A stretch of DNA of 64,000 nt from Gemmatimonadota bacterium (GCA_040389905.1 JAZJZK010000034.1:1-64000); one strand, 5' to 3'. Counted from the stretch's first letter, positions 1-10,152 are shown. Notes: generated by a model from the letters alone, not told the origin. Made by a program: numbers and translations.

Positions 1-118
1 CACTCGGGCTCTTCGAGATGCGGATCTTCATCCCCTTGTCGGAGGAAATCTCGATGGAATCCACCGTGGATTCGTCGAGCATGTCGATGAGCTTCTTGAC
101 GTAGCGTAGATCGATCAT
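1..118 (-). CDS. accB: Acetyl-CoA carboxylase biotin carboxyl carrier protein, N-terminal part (runs off window)
   Basis: Manual translation from ATG at 118: MIDLRYVKKLIDMLDESTVDSIEISSDKGMKIRISK, typical BCCP N-terminus; lies downstream of aroQ-pepP. Confidence 0.85.
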   Translation of the reverse strand, partial: MIDLRYVKKLIDMLDESTVDSIEISSDKGMKIRISKSPS

Positions 119-156
119 AGGACCATTGGTAGGCGCGCCCCGGTCAGCCATGGCGC

Positions 157-1245
157 TCAGCCGAGCTCGATGAGCTCGCGCGGAAACTGCGTCAGTATTT
201 GCGGCCCGTCGGCACCGAGTACCACGTCGTCCTCGATGCGTACACCACCCCACCCTGGGCGATAGACCCCTGGTTCGATCGTCACGACAGCGCCTTCGGG
301 GAGCGTCCCCTCGGCGGTTTTTGCAAGCCGCGGTGATTCATGTACCTCCAACCCGATACCGTGTCCCAGGCTATGTCCAAACAGGTCACCAAATCCGGCC
401 CGCTCAATGTACTGTCGCGCGATGGCGTCGGCATCCCGTCCCGTCATTCCGGCTCGGACACCCTTCGCCGCGCGCTCGTTCGCAACCCTGACGACGTCGT
501 AAACCTCGCGGTGGTCATCACTTGCCTTGCCGATCACCATCGTGCGGGTCATATCGGAACAATAGCCACGAACTTCCGCGCCGAAGTCCATCAACAGCAA
601 ATCGCCCACTTCGAGGGCTCGCGCTGAGGACCTCGCGTGCGGAAGCGCCGAACGTTCCCCGCTCGCGACGATGGAGGGAAAGGGAAATCCTTCGCTTCCC
701 TCGTCTCGCAGCGCCTTTTCGAGGACGCCGGCCACTTCCAGCTCCGTGAGACCGGCGCGCACACCGGGAAGTGTGCGCTCGAGCGCGCGCGTCGCAACGT
801 TGGCGGCAGCCCGGATGTTGTCGATCTCCGCGGCATCCTTCCGTTCGCGAAGCGTCTCGACCAGGTCGACGGTGGGCCGCCACTGCCAGCGCGAACCGGC
901 TTCGACCAGGCGCTGGAAATCCCGGTGCTGGATGTGCGCCGTTTCGAATCCAATCACCTTCAGTGCGGAGAGCGACGCGAGCTGCTGCCAGAGCCCAGCC
1001 CACAAGCTCGACGCCTCGATCGACACGCGCGCGATGTCTCCGACCTCATCGGCGACCTGCGTCTGATACCGGAAATCGGTGATGAAAACGACATCCCGCT
1101 GCGTGACGACGAGGAGTGCGCTCGAACCGGAGAACCCGGTGAGGTACCTGATATTCGGGAGGCCTGTGAGCAGCAATCCGTCGAGGTGCGCGGCACTCAG
1201 GCCGTCGACCAATGCGGCAATGCGCCCTGGACGGGGGTCACTCAC
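157..1245 (-). CDS. Xaa-Pro aminopeptidase (M24B family)
   Basis: NIRYLTGFSGS N-domain; metal motifs DFGA..GYCSDMTRT, HSLGHGIGLEVHE, TIEPGVY, GVRIEDDV. Confidence 0.93.
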   Translation of the reverse strand: MSDPRPGRIAALVDGLSAAHLDGLLLTGLPNIRYLTGFSGSSALLVVTQRDVVFITDFRYQTQVADEVGDIARVSIEASSLWAGLWQQLASLSALKVIGFETAHIQHRDFQRLVEAGSRWQWRPTVDLVETLRERKDAAEIDNIRAAANVATRALERTLPGVRAGLTELEVAGVLEKALRDEGSEGFPFPSIVASGERSALPHARSSARALEVGDLLLMDFGAEVRGYCSDMTRTMVIGKASDDHREVYDVVRVANERAAKGVRAGMTGRDADAIARQYIERAGFGDLFGHSLGHGIGLEVHESPRLAKTAEGTLPEGAVVTIEPGVYRPGWGGVRIEDDVVLGADGPQILTQFPRELIELG

Positions 1246-1248
1246 CCG

Positions 1249-1689
1249 TCAGCTCCGTGCCCTGAGTGTCGAGACCAGTCCGCGGAGTGCCAGCTCGTAT
1301 CCCTTCGTTCCGAGACCGACCACGACGCCGATCGCCGCCGACGCCAGCATCGAGTGCCGGCGCTCGGGCTCGCGCGCATAGATGTTCGTGATGTGCACCT
1401 CCACGAACGGCACGCTCACCCCCGCCAGCGCGTCGCGCAGGGCAAGGCTCGTGTGTGAGTACGCACCCGCGTTCACGACGGCGCCATCGATGCGACCGCG
1501 AAAGCCGTGCACCATGTCCACGAGCGCGCCCTCGCTGTTCTGTTGCGCACACTCGACCGAGACATTGAGCTCGCGAGCGACTTGGGCGAGATGCTCCTCC
1601 ACCTGAGCCAGCGTCGTACTCCCGTAGATCTCTGGCTCCCGCAGACCGAGCAGATTGAGATTGGGACCATTGAGAACGGCGATTCTCAC
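1249..1689 (-). CDS. aroQ: Type II 3-dehydroquinate dehydratase
   Basis: VLNGPNLNLLGLREPEIYG, NAGAYSHTSLALRDAL, EVHITNIYARE; GTG at 1689 overlaps the upstream stop. Confidence 0.96.
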   Translation of the reverse strand: MRIAVLNGPNLNLLGLREPEIYGSTTLAQVEEHLAQVARELNVSVECAQQNSEGALVDMVHGFRGRIDGAVVNAGAYSHTSLALRDALAGVSVPFVEVHITNIYAREPERRHSMLASAAIGVVVGLGTKGYELALRGLVSTLRARS

Positions 1690-3803
1690 CGCGGCTTCAA
1701 CCCCTGAAGCCACGAATTGAATTGCTCGATGTCCTCCGTGCCGCGCTCCGCCGCGCCCGCGTCGGGCAACCCGATCTCAGCCGACGTGCGTTTCTGCACC
1801 GCCCCGCTCTGCCGGTCGGACGGCGACGTTGAGCTGGACGAGAAGAACTGGTCAAATGAGAAGCTGGACGACGACCGCGGCGCCCGCGTGCCGCCGTCGC
1901 GGAAGACGCTGTCGAGCGACAATTCACCGGTGGCCGCGTGTGCGGGCCGACCGCTGATCATGGAAACGTCGTCCGGCGCACCGCCAAAAGCCTGCGCCAG
2001 CGCTGCCGCCGCAGAGTCCTCGGAGGTCGCCGCCGAGCGGTTGCCGAAGAACGCGTCGATGGTTCCGGTTTCGGGCGCGGTCGTCTCCGCTGCGTTCACC
2101 GCTGCCTCCGGTGCTGCAGCCTCCTCGGCTGCCATGACGCTGTACGGTGCCTCCTCGGGAACCTCGGTATCGGAGTCGGGCAGCGGCGCGAAATCGTCTG
2201 ACGCTGGCGGCTCAGTTGCCGTCATGCGCGAGCCAGGACGCCGTGCCGCGATGCGCGAAAGGAAATCGCGGACACTTGGACCCGGGTCTGCCACCGGCGC
2301 TGGTTGCGACAGCGAATCCGCCAGGTTGCGCAGCCGTTCGTCGTGTGGACTTGCCGCGGACAGTTGCGAGTACACGGAGGCCGCCTGCTCACGGAAGCCC
2401 TGCGCCACGTACAACTCGGCCATCGTTTCGGTGACGAACGGCGGAGCGGAAACAGGAGCCGTCTCGGCGACCGGCATTTCGAATTCTTCGTCGACCGCCG
2501 GAGACACCATCTCGCGTTCGAATGGCTCCTCGACCACCGTCGACAGCGTTTCGCGTTCCTCCATGAGGTCCGCCTCTGCGGCGATGACCTCCGGCGGAAC
2601 CTCCGCGGGCGGCATGTCGAAGGACTCCGCGAGCTCGTCACCCGCGTCGAACGTGACCCCGTCACTCGTGTCCAGTGCGAGCTCGGACATCACGGGCGCG
2701 CTCGACTCGAACGACGGCGGTGCCACCGACGCTACAGGCTCTGGGGCGGGTAGAGCGGCTGAGGGCCCGAAGTCCATGTCGAGGTCGAGCAGTTCGTCGC
2801 TGGACGCGTGCGACACCGGCGGGGGCGCATGCACGTGCGGCGCAACCGGATCGCCCTGCGGTGGGAGGACGAGCCCGTCGTCGAGGTCAAGCGATGGCAA
2901 GTCAGCGTGAGCGGCGGCGAGTTCCTCGTGGGCGATGCCACCGCTGCCCTGCAGCCCGTCGAGCGCCGCGACCGGAGCCACCGGCGCCGAGAACGACGGC
3001 ACCCCGGAGTCGAGTGATGCGTCGAGGTCCATCAGCTCCTCGACGGGCTCGTCGGGCGGCATGAAGGCGGTCGACTCCAGCCCCAAGGCGGGTTCGCCGG
3101 TACTCGGCATGAGTGACGACGTCTCGGGCGTCGTCTCGAACCCGTGCGTCGAGAATCCGTCCAACAGGTCGTCGTCGGCCGCAGCCGGGGGCGCGCTGGC
3201 CGACACCACCGGTGCCGGCGGAATGACGGGCATTCCGAGCGGCTGGGTGTCGTCCATGGACACGTCGAACTCGATCGGCGGAGACGACAGCTCGGGGGAC
3301 AAGTCTGGCGACAGGTCCGGTGCCACGTCCGGTACCAGGTCCGGAGCCATATCCAGTTCCGGCATGACCTCGGCGGCGGCCTGCTGCGGTGGTTCGGCTG
3401 TCGTTGCGTCGCCCAGGGCAGCGATCAGAGACTGAATCTCTTCATTCCGGGGGTCGGCGTCGAGAACGCGGAGGTACCAGCTCCGCGCACCCGCCATGTC
3501 GTCCTCCCCATGCGCGATGTCTCCAAGGTGACGCAGCGCGATGAGGTTTTCCGGATCGAGCGCGAGCGCAGTTTCGAACACCGTGCGTGATTCGCGCAAA
3601 CGGCCCGCCTCGAATAGCGCCTGACCGTAGACGATGTGCCCGCTCATGTGACCGGGCTGCTGCGGGAGAAACTCCTCGCAGATGATGATCGCCTGTTCGA
3701 TATCGCCCAGCTTACGAAACTCGTTCGCCAGCGGAGCGAAATAGCGCCGCGGATTCTCGTCGAATTTCTTCTTCAATTCGTCGATACGAGCGGTACTGGC
3801 CAT
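1686..3803 (-). CDS. TPR protein with long acidic/Pro-rich low-complexity linker
   Basis: N-terminal TPR-like helices (FAPLANEFRKLG...ALALDPENLIALRHLGDI), internal TETMAELYVAQG repeat, C-terminal helix IEQFNSWLQGLK. Confidence 0.8.
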   Translation of the reverse strand: MASTARIDELKKKFDENPRRYFAPLANEFRKLGDIEQAIIICEEFLPQQPGHMSGHIVYGQALFEAGRLRESRTVFETALALDPENLIALRHLGDIAHGEDDMAGARSWYLRVLDADPRNEEIQSLIAALGDATTAEPPQQAAAEVMPELDMAPDLVPDVAPDLSPDLSPELSSPPIEFDVSMDDTQPLGMPVIPPAPVVSASAPPAAADDDLLDGFSTHGFETTPETSSLMPSTGEPALGLESTAFMPPDEPVEELMDLDASLDSGVPSFSAPVAPVAALDGLQGSGGIAHEELAAAHADLPSLDLDDGLVLPPQGDPVAPHVHAPPPVSHASSDELLDLDMDFGPSAALPAPEPVASVAPPSFESSAPVMSELALDTSDGVTFDAGDELAESFDMPPAEVPPEVIAAEADLMEERETLSTVVEEPFEREMVSPAVDEEFEMPVAETAPVSAPPFVTETMAELYVAQGFREQAASVYSQLSAASPHDERLRNLADSLSQPAPVADPGPSVRDFLSRIAARRPGSRMTATEPPASDDFAPLPDSDTEVPEEAPYSVMAAEEAAAPEAAVNAAETTAPETGTIDAFFGNRSAATSEDSAAAALAQAFGGAPDDVSMISGRPAHAATGELSLDSVFRDGGTRAPRSSSSFSFDQFFSSSSTSPSDRQSGAVQKRTSAEIGLPDAGAAERGTEDIEQFNSWLQGLKPR

Positions 3804-3895
3804 CAAAGCCTCGGTGGCGGCGCGCAGCCGGGTGGGAGCGAGCGGTTCAAGATATCCTACACCAGGGACAAGTCAATCAGAAGTGCGTCTATCAC

Positions 3896-3925
3896 TTGAT
3901 TTTAGCCCTTGTCGTCAAGTAACTT
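3896..3925 (+). promoter_or_regulatory. Possible sigma70 promoter for ppiD
   Basis: TTGATT-N18-TAACTT about 50 nt upstream of the GTG start. Confidence 0.35.
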
Positions 3926-3974
3926 TTGCTGCTTCCCCCCTACTGTTTCCAGCAGCTCGAAGGAGTTCTACCTC

Positions 3975-5807
3975 GTGCTCCAAACAATGCGGAGCTCCGC
4001 CAAGATCGTGATGTGGATTCTCCTCGTCTCGTTCGTGGGCGGTTTCCTGCTCGTTGAGACCTCCGGTCTCCTTGGTACTAGCCCGGTCACGCCGACCACC
4101 GCGGTCGCGTCCGTCAACGGGACGGACATCCTGTATACCGACTGGCAACGGCGCGCACAGCAACAGGTGCAGCAGTCGCAGCAGCAGGCGGGTCGCTCGC
4201 TGACGCAGGACGAAACGCGTCGGATCGAGAACGCCGTCTTCGACGAGATGGTGTCGGAGTTGCTCCTCCAGCAGGAGTACAAGCGACGCGGCATCGTCGT
4301 GTCCGACGAAGAGTTGAAGGACTATGCACGCTTCGCACCGCCGACGTGGGTGCAGAGCGCGCCGGACCTGCAAACCGACGGCCAGTTCGACCGCGCCAAG
4401 TACCAGCGCCTGCTCGCCAGCTCCCAAGCGCGCCAGTCCGGCCTCCTCGTTGCGCTCGAACAGTACTTCCGAACGGAAATTCCGAAGGAAAAGCTGTTCG
4501 AACAGGTCACGAGCGGTCTCTTCGTTACCGACGCCGATCTGTGGCGCGCCTGGCAGGACGCCAACGATAGCGCGTCCATTTCCTTCGTGGCATTCCGGCC
4601 GCCTCCGGTTCCTGCCGATACCAACATCTCGGATAGTGATCTGCGTGCGTTCTACGACGCACACAAGAAGGAGTTCGATCGCCCGGGACACGCCGCGCTC
4701 AGCGTGATGTACATCCCGCGTATCGTGACGGCAGCAGACAGCGCGGCTGTTCGAACGAAGATCGCGGCACTGCGCAGTGAGATTGTCGGTGGCGCGAAGT
4801 TCGAAGACGTCGCGCGCCGTGAGTCCGGCGACACGGTCTCGGCGATCCAGGGCGGAAGTCTCGGCAAGAGCACCAAGGGCAAGTTCGTGCCGGAGTTCGA
4901 GAAGGTGGCCAACGCACTCAAGGTCGGTGAAATCTCGCAGCCGGTCAGCACGCCGTTCGGCTACCATATCATCAAGTTGGACTCCAAGGTGGGTGACACC
5001 TTGTCGCTCAGCCACATCTTGCTGCGCGTCGAGCCGTCGGATTCCTCCACGGCGAAGATCGACCGGCAGGCCGATTCCCTGGCCAAGCTTGTCGCCGGTG
5101 CCGACCAAGCCGCCAAGTTCGACAGCGCGGCCAAGGCGATGCACCTCTCGCCGTTCAAGGTCGTCGCCAACGAGAACGAGCCGGCGCTGTACAACGGCAA
5201 GATGATTCCGAGCGTGAGCGCGTGGGCGTTCGGCGGCGCGCGACTCGGCGAGTCGAGCGAATTGTTCGATGCTGAGGACGGCTATTATGTCGCGCGCCTC
5301 GATTCCCTGAGCGAAGGCGGCAAGACTTTCGATGCCGTGAAGGCGAGCGTTCGCACTCGCGTTGCAACGGACCGCGCCGTTGAGAAGCTGGTGCCGGCCG
5401 CACAGAGTCTCGCGAAGGCCGCGCAGGGTTCTACGCTCGAGGCGGCAGCTGCTGCAGCACAGCAGACGGTCCAGAACACCGGCGGTCTCACGACGCGCAC
5501 CGGAGCCGCACGCGGCATCGGATCACTCGGCGAAGCTGTCGGGGCGGCCTTCGCGCAGCCACTGAACGAAGTCGGCAATCCCATCCGGCAGACGGATGGC
5601 GTTTTCGTCCTTCGCACCGATGCGCGCAAGCCGAGCGACAAGGACGCATTCGAGAAGCAGAAGAAGGAACTCCGCGATCGCCGCCTGGCGCAGCTTCGCC
5701 AGCAGCGCGTGCAGCTCTATCTCGAAGACCTCAAGAAGAGCGCCTCGATTGAAGACAAGCGCAAGGAAATCAATGCGCAGCTCAGGAGGCAGAACACCGC
5801 GAGCTGA
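3975..5807 (+). CDS. ppiD: PpiD-like membrane-anchored parvulin peptidyl-prolyl isomerase/chaperone
   Basis: AGGAG RBS then GTG at 3975; N-terminal TM, SurA_N-like region, rotamase motif FEDVARRESGD...GGSLG...FVPEFE...GEISQPVSTPFGYHII. Confidence 0.85.
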   Translation: MLQTMRSSAKIVMWILLVSFVGGFLLVETSGLLGTSPVTPTTAVASVNGTDILYTDWQRRAQQQVQQSQQQAGRSLTQDETRRIENAVFDEMVSELLLQQEYKRRGIVVSDEELKDYARFAPPTWVQSAPDLQTDGQFDRAKYQRLLASSQARQSGLLVALEQYFRTEIPKEKLFEQVTSGLFVTDADLWRAWQDANDSASISFVAFRPPPVPADTNISDSDLRAFYDAHKKEFDRPGHAALSVMYIPRIVTAADSAAVRTKIAALRSEIVGGAKFEDVARRESGDTVSAIQGGSLGKSTKGKFVPEFEKVANALKVGEISQPVSTPFGYHIIKLDSKVGDTLSLSHILLRVEPSDSSTAKIDRQADSLAKLVAGADQAAKFDSAAKAMHLSPFKVVANENEPALYNGKMIPSVSAWAFGGARLGESSELFDAEDGYYVARLDSLSEGGKTFDAVKASVRTRVATDRAVEKLVPAAQSLAKAAQGSTLEAAAAAAQQTVQNTGGLTTRTGAARGIGSLGEAVGAAFAQPLNEVGNPIRQTDGVFVLRTDARKPSDKDAFEKQKKELRDRRLAQLRQQRVQLYLEDLKKSASIEDKRKEINAQLRRQNTAS

Positions 5808-5834
5808 TGCGCGGTGGTTGTTCCTGACATGGCA

Positions 5835-5866
5835 GAGGGCCCACGGGATTCGTCCGGTGGGCCCTC
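5835..5866. terminator. Hairpin between convergent ppiD and tatA, likely terminator
   Basis: GAGGGCCCAC...GTGGGCCCTC 10-bp stem. Confidence 0.6.
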
Positions 5867-5891
5867 GTCACATCTCCGATTCTGCGGGGGA

Positions 5892-6164
5892 TCAGATCAG
5901 CCGCTTCGGCTCCGGCATCGCCTCGTCCGCAGCTTCGCGCTCTCGCCGTGCCGTCATCGGATCGACGGTCCCTGCACCGAGTCGGGCGTCGGCGCGCGGC
6001 TCGGGCTCGGTGATCGAACTCTGGACATCGCTGACGTTCTTCTTGAACTCGCGAATGCCCTTCCCAAATGATGCGCTGATCTCCGGAATCCGCTTCGCTC
6101 CGAACAGGACCAGCACGATGACGAGAAGGATCAACATCTCGCCCATACCGAAATTAGCGAACAT
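5892..6164 (-). CDS. tatA: Twin-arginine translocase TatA/E subunit
   Basis: FGMGEMLILLVIVLVLFGAKRIPEISASFGKGIREFKK. Confidence 0.95.
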   Translation of the reverse strand: MFANFGMGEMLILLVIVLVLFGAKRIPEISASFGKGIREFKKNVSDVQSSITEPEPRADARLGAGTVDPMTARREREAADEAMPEPKRLI

Positions 6165-6175
6165 GGGAGTCTCCT

Positions 6176-6457
6176 TTAGAAGAGCGACCTGGCGATCAAG
6201 TACGCGATGAGCACGCCGAGCAGGCTCAGCAGGCTGACGTCAAGCACGACCGGGCCGAGTGAAAACTTGAGAATGATGAGATCGATCGGAAACGGCCCGA
6301 CCGAAGGCTGAACCCCTGTGGTGAAAAACTCCTTCACGGCACCCGCCGGAAGGAACCTGCGAGCGACCTGCGTCATCGTCCCACCGACGATGAAGCCGAT
6401 CGCCAGCGTCACGGCGTGAAACACCGGACGATGTTTGGAAGATCCGCGCGGAGCCAT
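6176..6457 (-). CDS. Small membrane protein, DUF4321-like
   Basis: 93 aa, two hydrophobic segments, IDLIILKFSLG motif; coupled to ispB stop. Confidence 0.65.
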   Translation of the reverse strand: MAPRGSSKHRPVFHAVTLAIGFIVGGTMTQVARRFLPAGAVKEFFTTGVQPSVGPFPIDLIILKFSLGPVVLDVSLLSLLGVLIAYLIARSLF

Positions 6458-7464
6458 CAGAAGCGCCTGTCCATGACATAGAGGATAGCATCTGCGAGCG
6501 AAGCGCGCGCTGTCGTGTCGGGGAGACTGTCGAGCGCGTCCTCCGCTTCACGGGCGAACTCCTCGCCGCGGCGGCGAGCATCGTCGATTCCACCGGCATC
6601 CGCGACGAGGGCGACGATTTCCGCGATCTGGTCGTCGGATGGTTCGTCAGCCTCGAACAACGCCTCCACGCTCGCGCGGCCCTCGCGCGAGAAGCGCGGC
6701 AGGGCGGCGATCAGGGGGAGGGTAACCTTATGTTCGCGGAGATCGAGCCCAGAGGGCTTGCCCGTCACCGACGCCGTTTCAGTGTAATCGAGAATGTCGT
6801 CTGCTACCTGAAACGCCATGCCCAGGCGCTCGCCGTAGACCCGCAACGCCTCTCGATGCGCCGGCGCCCCGCACATGGCACCCGTTTCGCACGCGGCACT
6901 CAAAAGGGACGCCGTCTTCGCTTGGATGAGCATCTCGTAGTCACGCTCCGTGAACGCGAGTGCGTCGACGGCCGCGAGTTGCCGCATCTCACCGATGGTG
7001 AGCTGCGTCGAGACGGCGGTGAGGACACGAATCAGGCTGATATCTCCAATCGAGACGAGCGCCTCCAAGGCGCGCGAATAGAGGAAATCACCCATGATCA
7101 CGCTGACCTGATGACTGAACATCGAATTCACGGTGGGCAGCCCCCGCCGCATGGCGGAGTGATCCACGGAGTCATCGTGGACGAGCGAGGCGAGATGCAT
7201 CAGCTCCAGTACCGCCGCTACCGTAACGACACGCGCCTCGGGGCGCTCCGCCGTTTCGCTCGAGAGTAACGCCAACGTCGGACGGAACATCTTGCCCCGC
7301 ATCTGAAGCAAGTGCCCGCTGACCTGCTCGATCATCGGGAGATCCGCCGTGACGATGCGACGCATTTCAACGACGACGTCCTCCAGTCGCTCCTGGACCG
7401 GTGCCTGGATTTCGCGCAATGGCGCCGTCGCCGGCGTTCCGGCGCGTGTGACGGCGCTCGTCAT
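6457..7464 (-). CDS. ispB: Polyprenyl diphosphate synthase (IspB/HepT-like)
   Basis: GKMFRP, first Asp-rich motif LVHDDSVD...RRG, second motif FQVADDILD, GKPSGLDLREHKVTLP. Confidence 0.9.
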   Translation of the reverse strand: MTSAVTRAGTPATAPLREIQAPVQERLEDVVVEMRRIVTADLPMIEQVSGHLLQMRGKMFRPTLALLSSETAERPEARVVTVAAVLELMHLASLVHDDSVDHSAMRRGLPTVNSMFSHQVSVIMGDFLYSRALEALVSIGDISLIRVLTAVSTQLTIGEMRQLAAVDALAFTERDYEMLIQAKTASLLSAACETGAMCGAPAHREALRVYGERLGMAFQVADDILDYTETASVTGKPSGLDLREHKVTLPLIAALPRFSREGRASVEALFEADEPSDDQIAEIVALVADAGGIDDARRRGEEFAREAEDALDSLPDTTARASLADAILYVMDRRF

Positions 7465-10097
7465 GGCGCGGAGTTCTCGACGGCAACCAGTCGCTCGCCG
7501 ACGTCACGGAACGTGATGTCCACGACGAAGACACGCTGGTAGTACTCGATCGCGGCGTCGCGCTGGCCGCGCTGTTCTGCGCATACTCCCATCAGGTACA
7601 ACACGCCTACCAGTTGGTCGTCCTTCATTCCCGGTTCATGCACGGCACGGCTGAGGATCGTCGCGGCCATGGGGTACTGCTCCTTCTCGATGAAGCAGAG
7701 ACCGAGCGCTTCGTACGTGGGGACGCGGTTCGACGGCGCACGCAGCGCCTTTTGAAACTCCGCGATCGCCTCATCGAGCAGACCCATCTCCTTGTACGCC
7801 ACGCCGAGATCGTAGTGGCTCTGATGATCTTCGTCCTCGACGTTCTCGGAAATACCCTGCTTGAACTTCTTCAGCATGTCCGCGAAATCCGCTGCCTCAT
7901 CGCCGGACGGCTCCTGCTCGTCCACGACCATCCGCGTGTCCTTGGGGCCTGCGTCATCGCGCAGCCAATCGCCAAGATTCACGTACTCGTCGTCGGGCGT
8001 GATCGCCGGCATCGACTTGGCCGGCGTCGGCACGGAGACCCGTTGTTGCGGCGTGGTCGAGCGGCCCTTCGTCGGTGCGGCGGGTGCTTCGGGCGGGGGT
8101 TCCGGCGGCGGGAACGTCTGCAGCGCGATCGCCGCCCGCGGATCGTCCGGCGAGAGGTCGATGACGCGCTGATAGATGGCGCGCGACTTGTCCACTTGGC
8201 CTGCGCGGAAGAGCGCATCGGCAAGCTGGAGGTATGCCTCGATCAAGCGTCCGCGTTCATTCAACCGGAAGGCGTATTCGACGCGCTTCTGGTGGTGACG
8301 GACGGATGCCGGGTTGAGGAGTACGATTTCGTCCGCGACCTGCGCCGCCGCACTCAGGTCCTCGGCACGCTCGTAGCCGACCATGGCTGCCTCGAGCTCG
8401 CGCAGACCGCCTTCGCGATCACCCGATTCGAGCATCGCTTCCGCGAGCCGGCGGCGTAGCCTGTTGTCGTCGGGGTCGGCCTCGGAGAGCGCCTGCAGAA
8501 AATCAACCGACTGTTCGGCCACCATCGTCGACTGGCGTCGGACCGGCGGCGGTTCGTCGATGGAGAAGTCGTCGACGAGCTCGCCCGCATCAAGCGCATC
8601 CGACGCGGGTGTCAGGAACTCCATGCTGTTCCGACTCGGCGCTCCACTGATGCTGGCGGCCGCCTCACCGGCCGCGGGAAGGCCGAGGTCCATGAAGGAC
8701 AGCTCGCTACTCTTGTCGCTGACTGCGGGCGCTCCACGCGCGGGCGTGCCCTCGGGCATGATGAGCTCGAGATCTCCGCCGATGCTCGACCCATCGTCAT
8801 CGGCCGGCGGCTCCTCGCCCTCCTCATCCACGAGCATCGGAAGGCCCACCAGCGACGGTCGCGCCGTACGCCGTGGGGGCGGCGCAGGCTCCTCGAATTC
8901 TGGCAGGTCGAACGCGATGTCGTCGATCGACGCAGTGCTACTCGCCGTGTTCGCCGGCACGTCGATGGGAAGGTCGAAGTCGAGCAGATCCGGAATATCC
9001 GCGGCCGGCGGTGGTGCCACGACATCGATCACATCGGGCGTGAAGCTCGTTGGCTCGAGATCGAGAATGGAGCCAGACGGCGCCTCATGTGCTGCGAATG
9101 ATGTCGCTTCGAGGCCCTCCAGCAGGCCGCCGGACGGCTCACTTGCGCCCGACTGCTCGAACTCCGCGACGCGGGTGACACCGTCGAGCACCGACGCATC
9201 CAGCTCCGGTGTCTCGAGTATTTCGATCGATGGAACGGGACTGTGCGCCACCGCCGGGGTCGGGGTGGGCGCGACGATGGGTGGGGGCGCGACGATCGCT
9301 GGCGGCGGAGCCGGAGTGGGGCGGCGCGGCGGCGCGGGCGCCGGCGACGTATCCATCAGCTCGAGTCCCAGCATTGCCTTCTTGTGCGCCGCAGACACGC
9401 GCGGAGACGGGCCCGAGTCGTTCAGGTCGAGAAACACGAGATCTGCGGCCGATCGGCTCGGTGCGTCCCCAAGGGCGCGCGGCTCCGCCGTCGGATCGAT
9501 CGCCTTCATCCGCTCCACCGTCGCACGAGCTTCGGCGTCGCGACCTTCGTGCGAATACCGCACGTAGAGCAGCTGCAACTGCTCGATCGCCTCGGAGCCG
9601 AGCCCTTTCTTGCTCAGCTGGTCGGCGAGCATCAGCCGAATGTCGTCCTGATCGGGACAGAGATCGGCGAACTCCTTCAGCGCGCGGAAGGCTTCGTCGA
9701 TCTTCCCCGCCGTCTGCATGCGATCGGCGTACTCGAGGAAGTTCTTCTTCGCATCGCCCTTGAATCCCTTCTGGGCGCTGATCTTTCCGAGCTTGTAGTA
9801 GACGCTGGCGCGTCCCGGGGAGTTCCGGAGAATCTTGTTGCAAAGCGCGATGGCATTGTTGTGAAAGCCACCGTCGGCGTAGCGGTCGACCGCCTGTTCG
9901 TAGTAATCGACGGCATCGCCGACACTGCCCTGCTTCAGGTAGAGATCGCCGACGCGATTGAACAGGGAAACGTCCACTTCCTCATCGGACGGATCGTAGC
10001 CGTCGAGGATCTCGACATATACCGCCAACGCCTTGTCGAACTGCTTCTTCAGCTCGAACTCGGCGGCCTTTTTCTTCAGCTTGGCGACATCAGGCAT
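7461..10097 (-). CDS. Large multi-TPR protein with acidic/Pro-rich linkers
   Basis: Three TPR blocks; C-terminal block HYDLGVAYKEMGLLDEAIAEFQKAL. Confidence 0.82.
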   Translation of the reverse strand: MPDVAKLKKKAAEFELKKQFDKALAVYVEILDGYDPSDEEVDVSLFNRVGDLYLKQGSVGDAVDYYEQAVDRYADGGFHNNAIALCNKILRNSPGRASVYYKLGKISAQKGFKGDAKKNFLEYADRMQTAGKIDEAFRALKEFADLCPDQDDIRLMLADQLSKKGLGSEAIEQLQLLYVRYSHEGRDAEARATVERMKAIDPTAEPRALGDAPSRSAADLVFLDLNDSGPSPRVSAAHKKAMLGLELMDTSPAPAPPRRPTPAPPPAIVAPPPIVAPTPTPAVAHSPVPSIEILETPELDASVLDGVTRVAEFEQSGASEPSGGLLEGLEATSFAAHEAPSGSILDLEPTSFTPDVIDVVAPPPAADIPDLLDFDLPIDVPANTASSTASIDDIAFDLPEFEEPAPPPRRTARPSLVGLPMLVDEEGEEPPADDDGSSIGGDLELIMPEGTPARGAPAVSDKSSELSFMDLGLPAAGEAAASISGAPSRNSMEFLTPASDALDAGELVDDFSIDEPPPVRRQSTMVAEQSVDFLQALSEADPDDNRLRRRLAEAMLESGDREGGLRELEAAMVGYERAEDLSAAAQVADEIVLLNPASVRHHQKRVEYAFRLNERGRLIEAYLQLADALFRAGQVDKSRAIYQRVIDLSPDDPRAAIALQTFPPPEPPPEAPAAPTKGRSTTPQQRVSVPTPAKSMPAITPDDEYVNLGDWLRDDAGPKDTRMVVDEQEPSGDEAADFADMLKKFKQGISENVEDEDHQSHYDLGVAYKEMGLLDEAIAEFQKALRAPSNRVPTYEALGLCFIEKEQYPMAATILSRAVHEPGMKDDQLVGVLYLMGVCAEQRGQRDAAIEYYQRVFVVDITFRDVGERLVAVENSAP

Positions 10098-10152
10098 CAG
10101 GCGACGGTCGAGCTCCGCAGAGGGCTTCCCAGTCTCGTCTCCAAGAGGGGGA

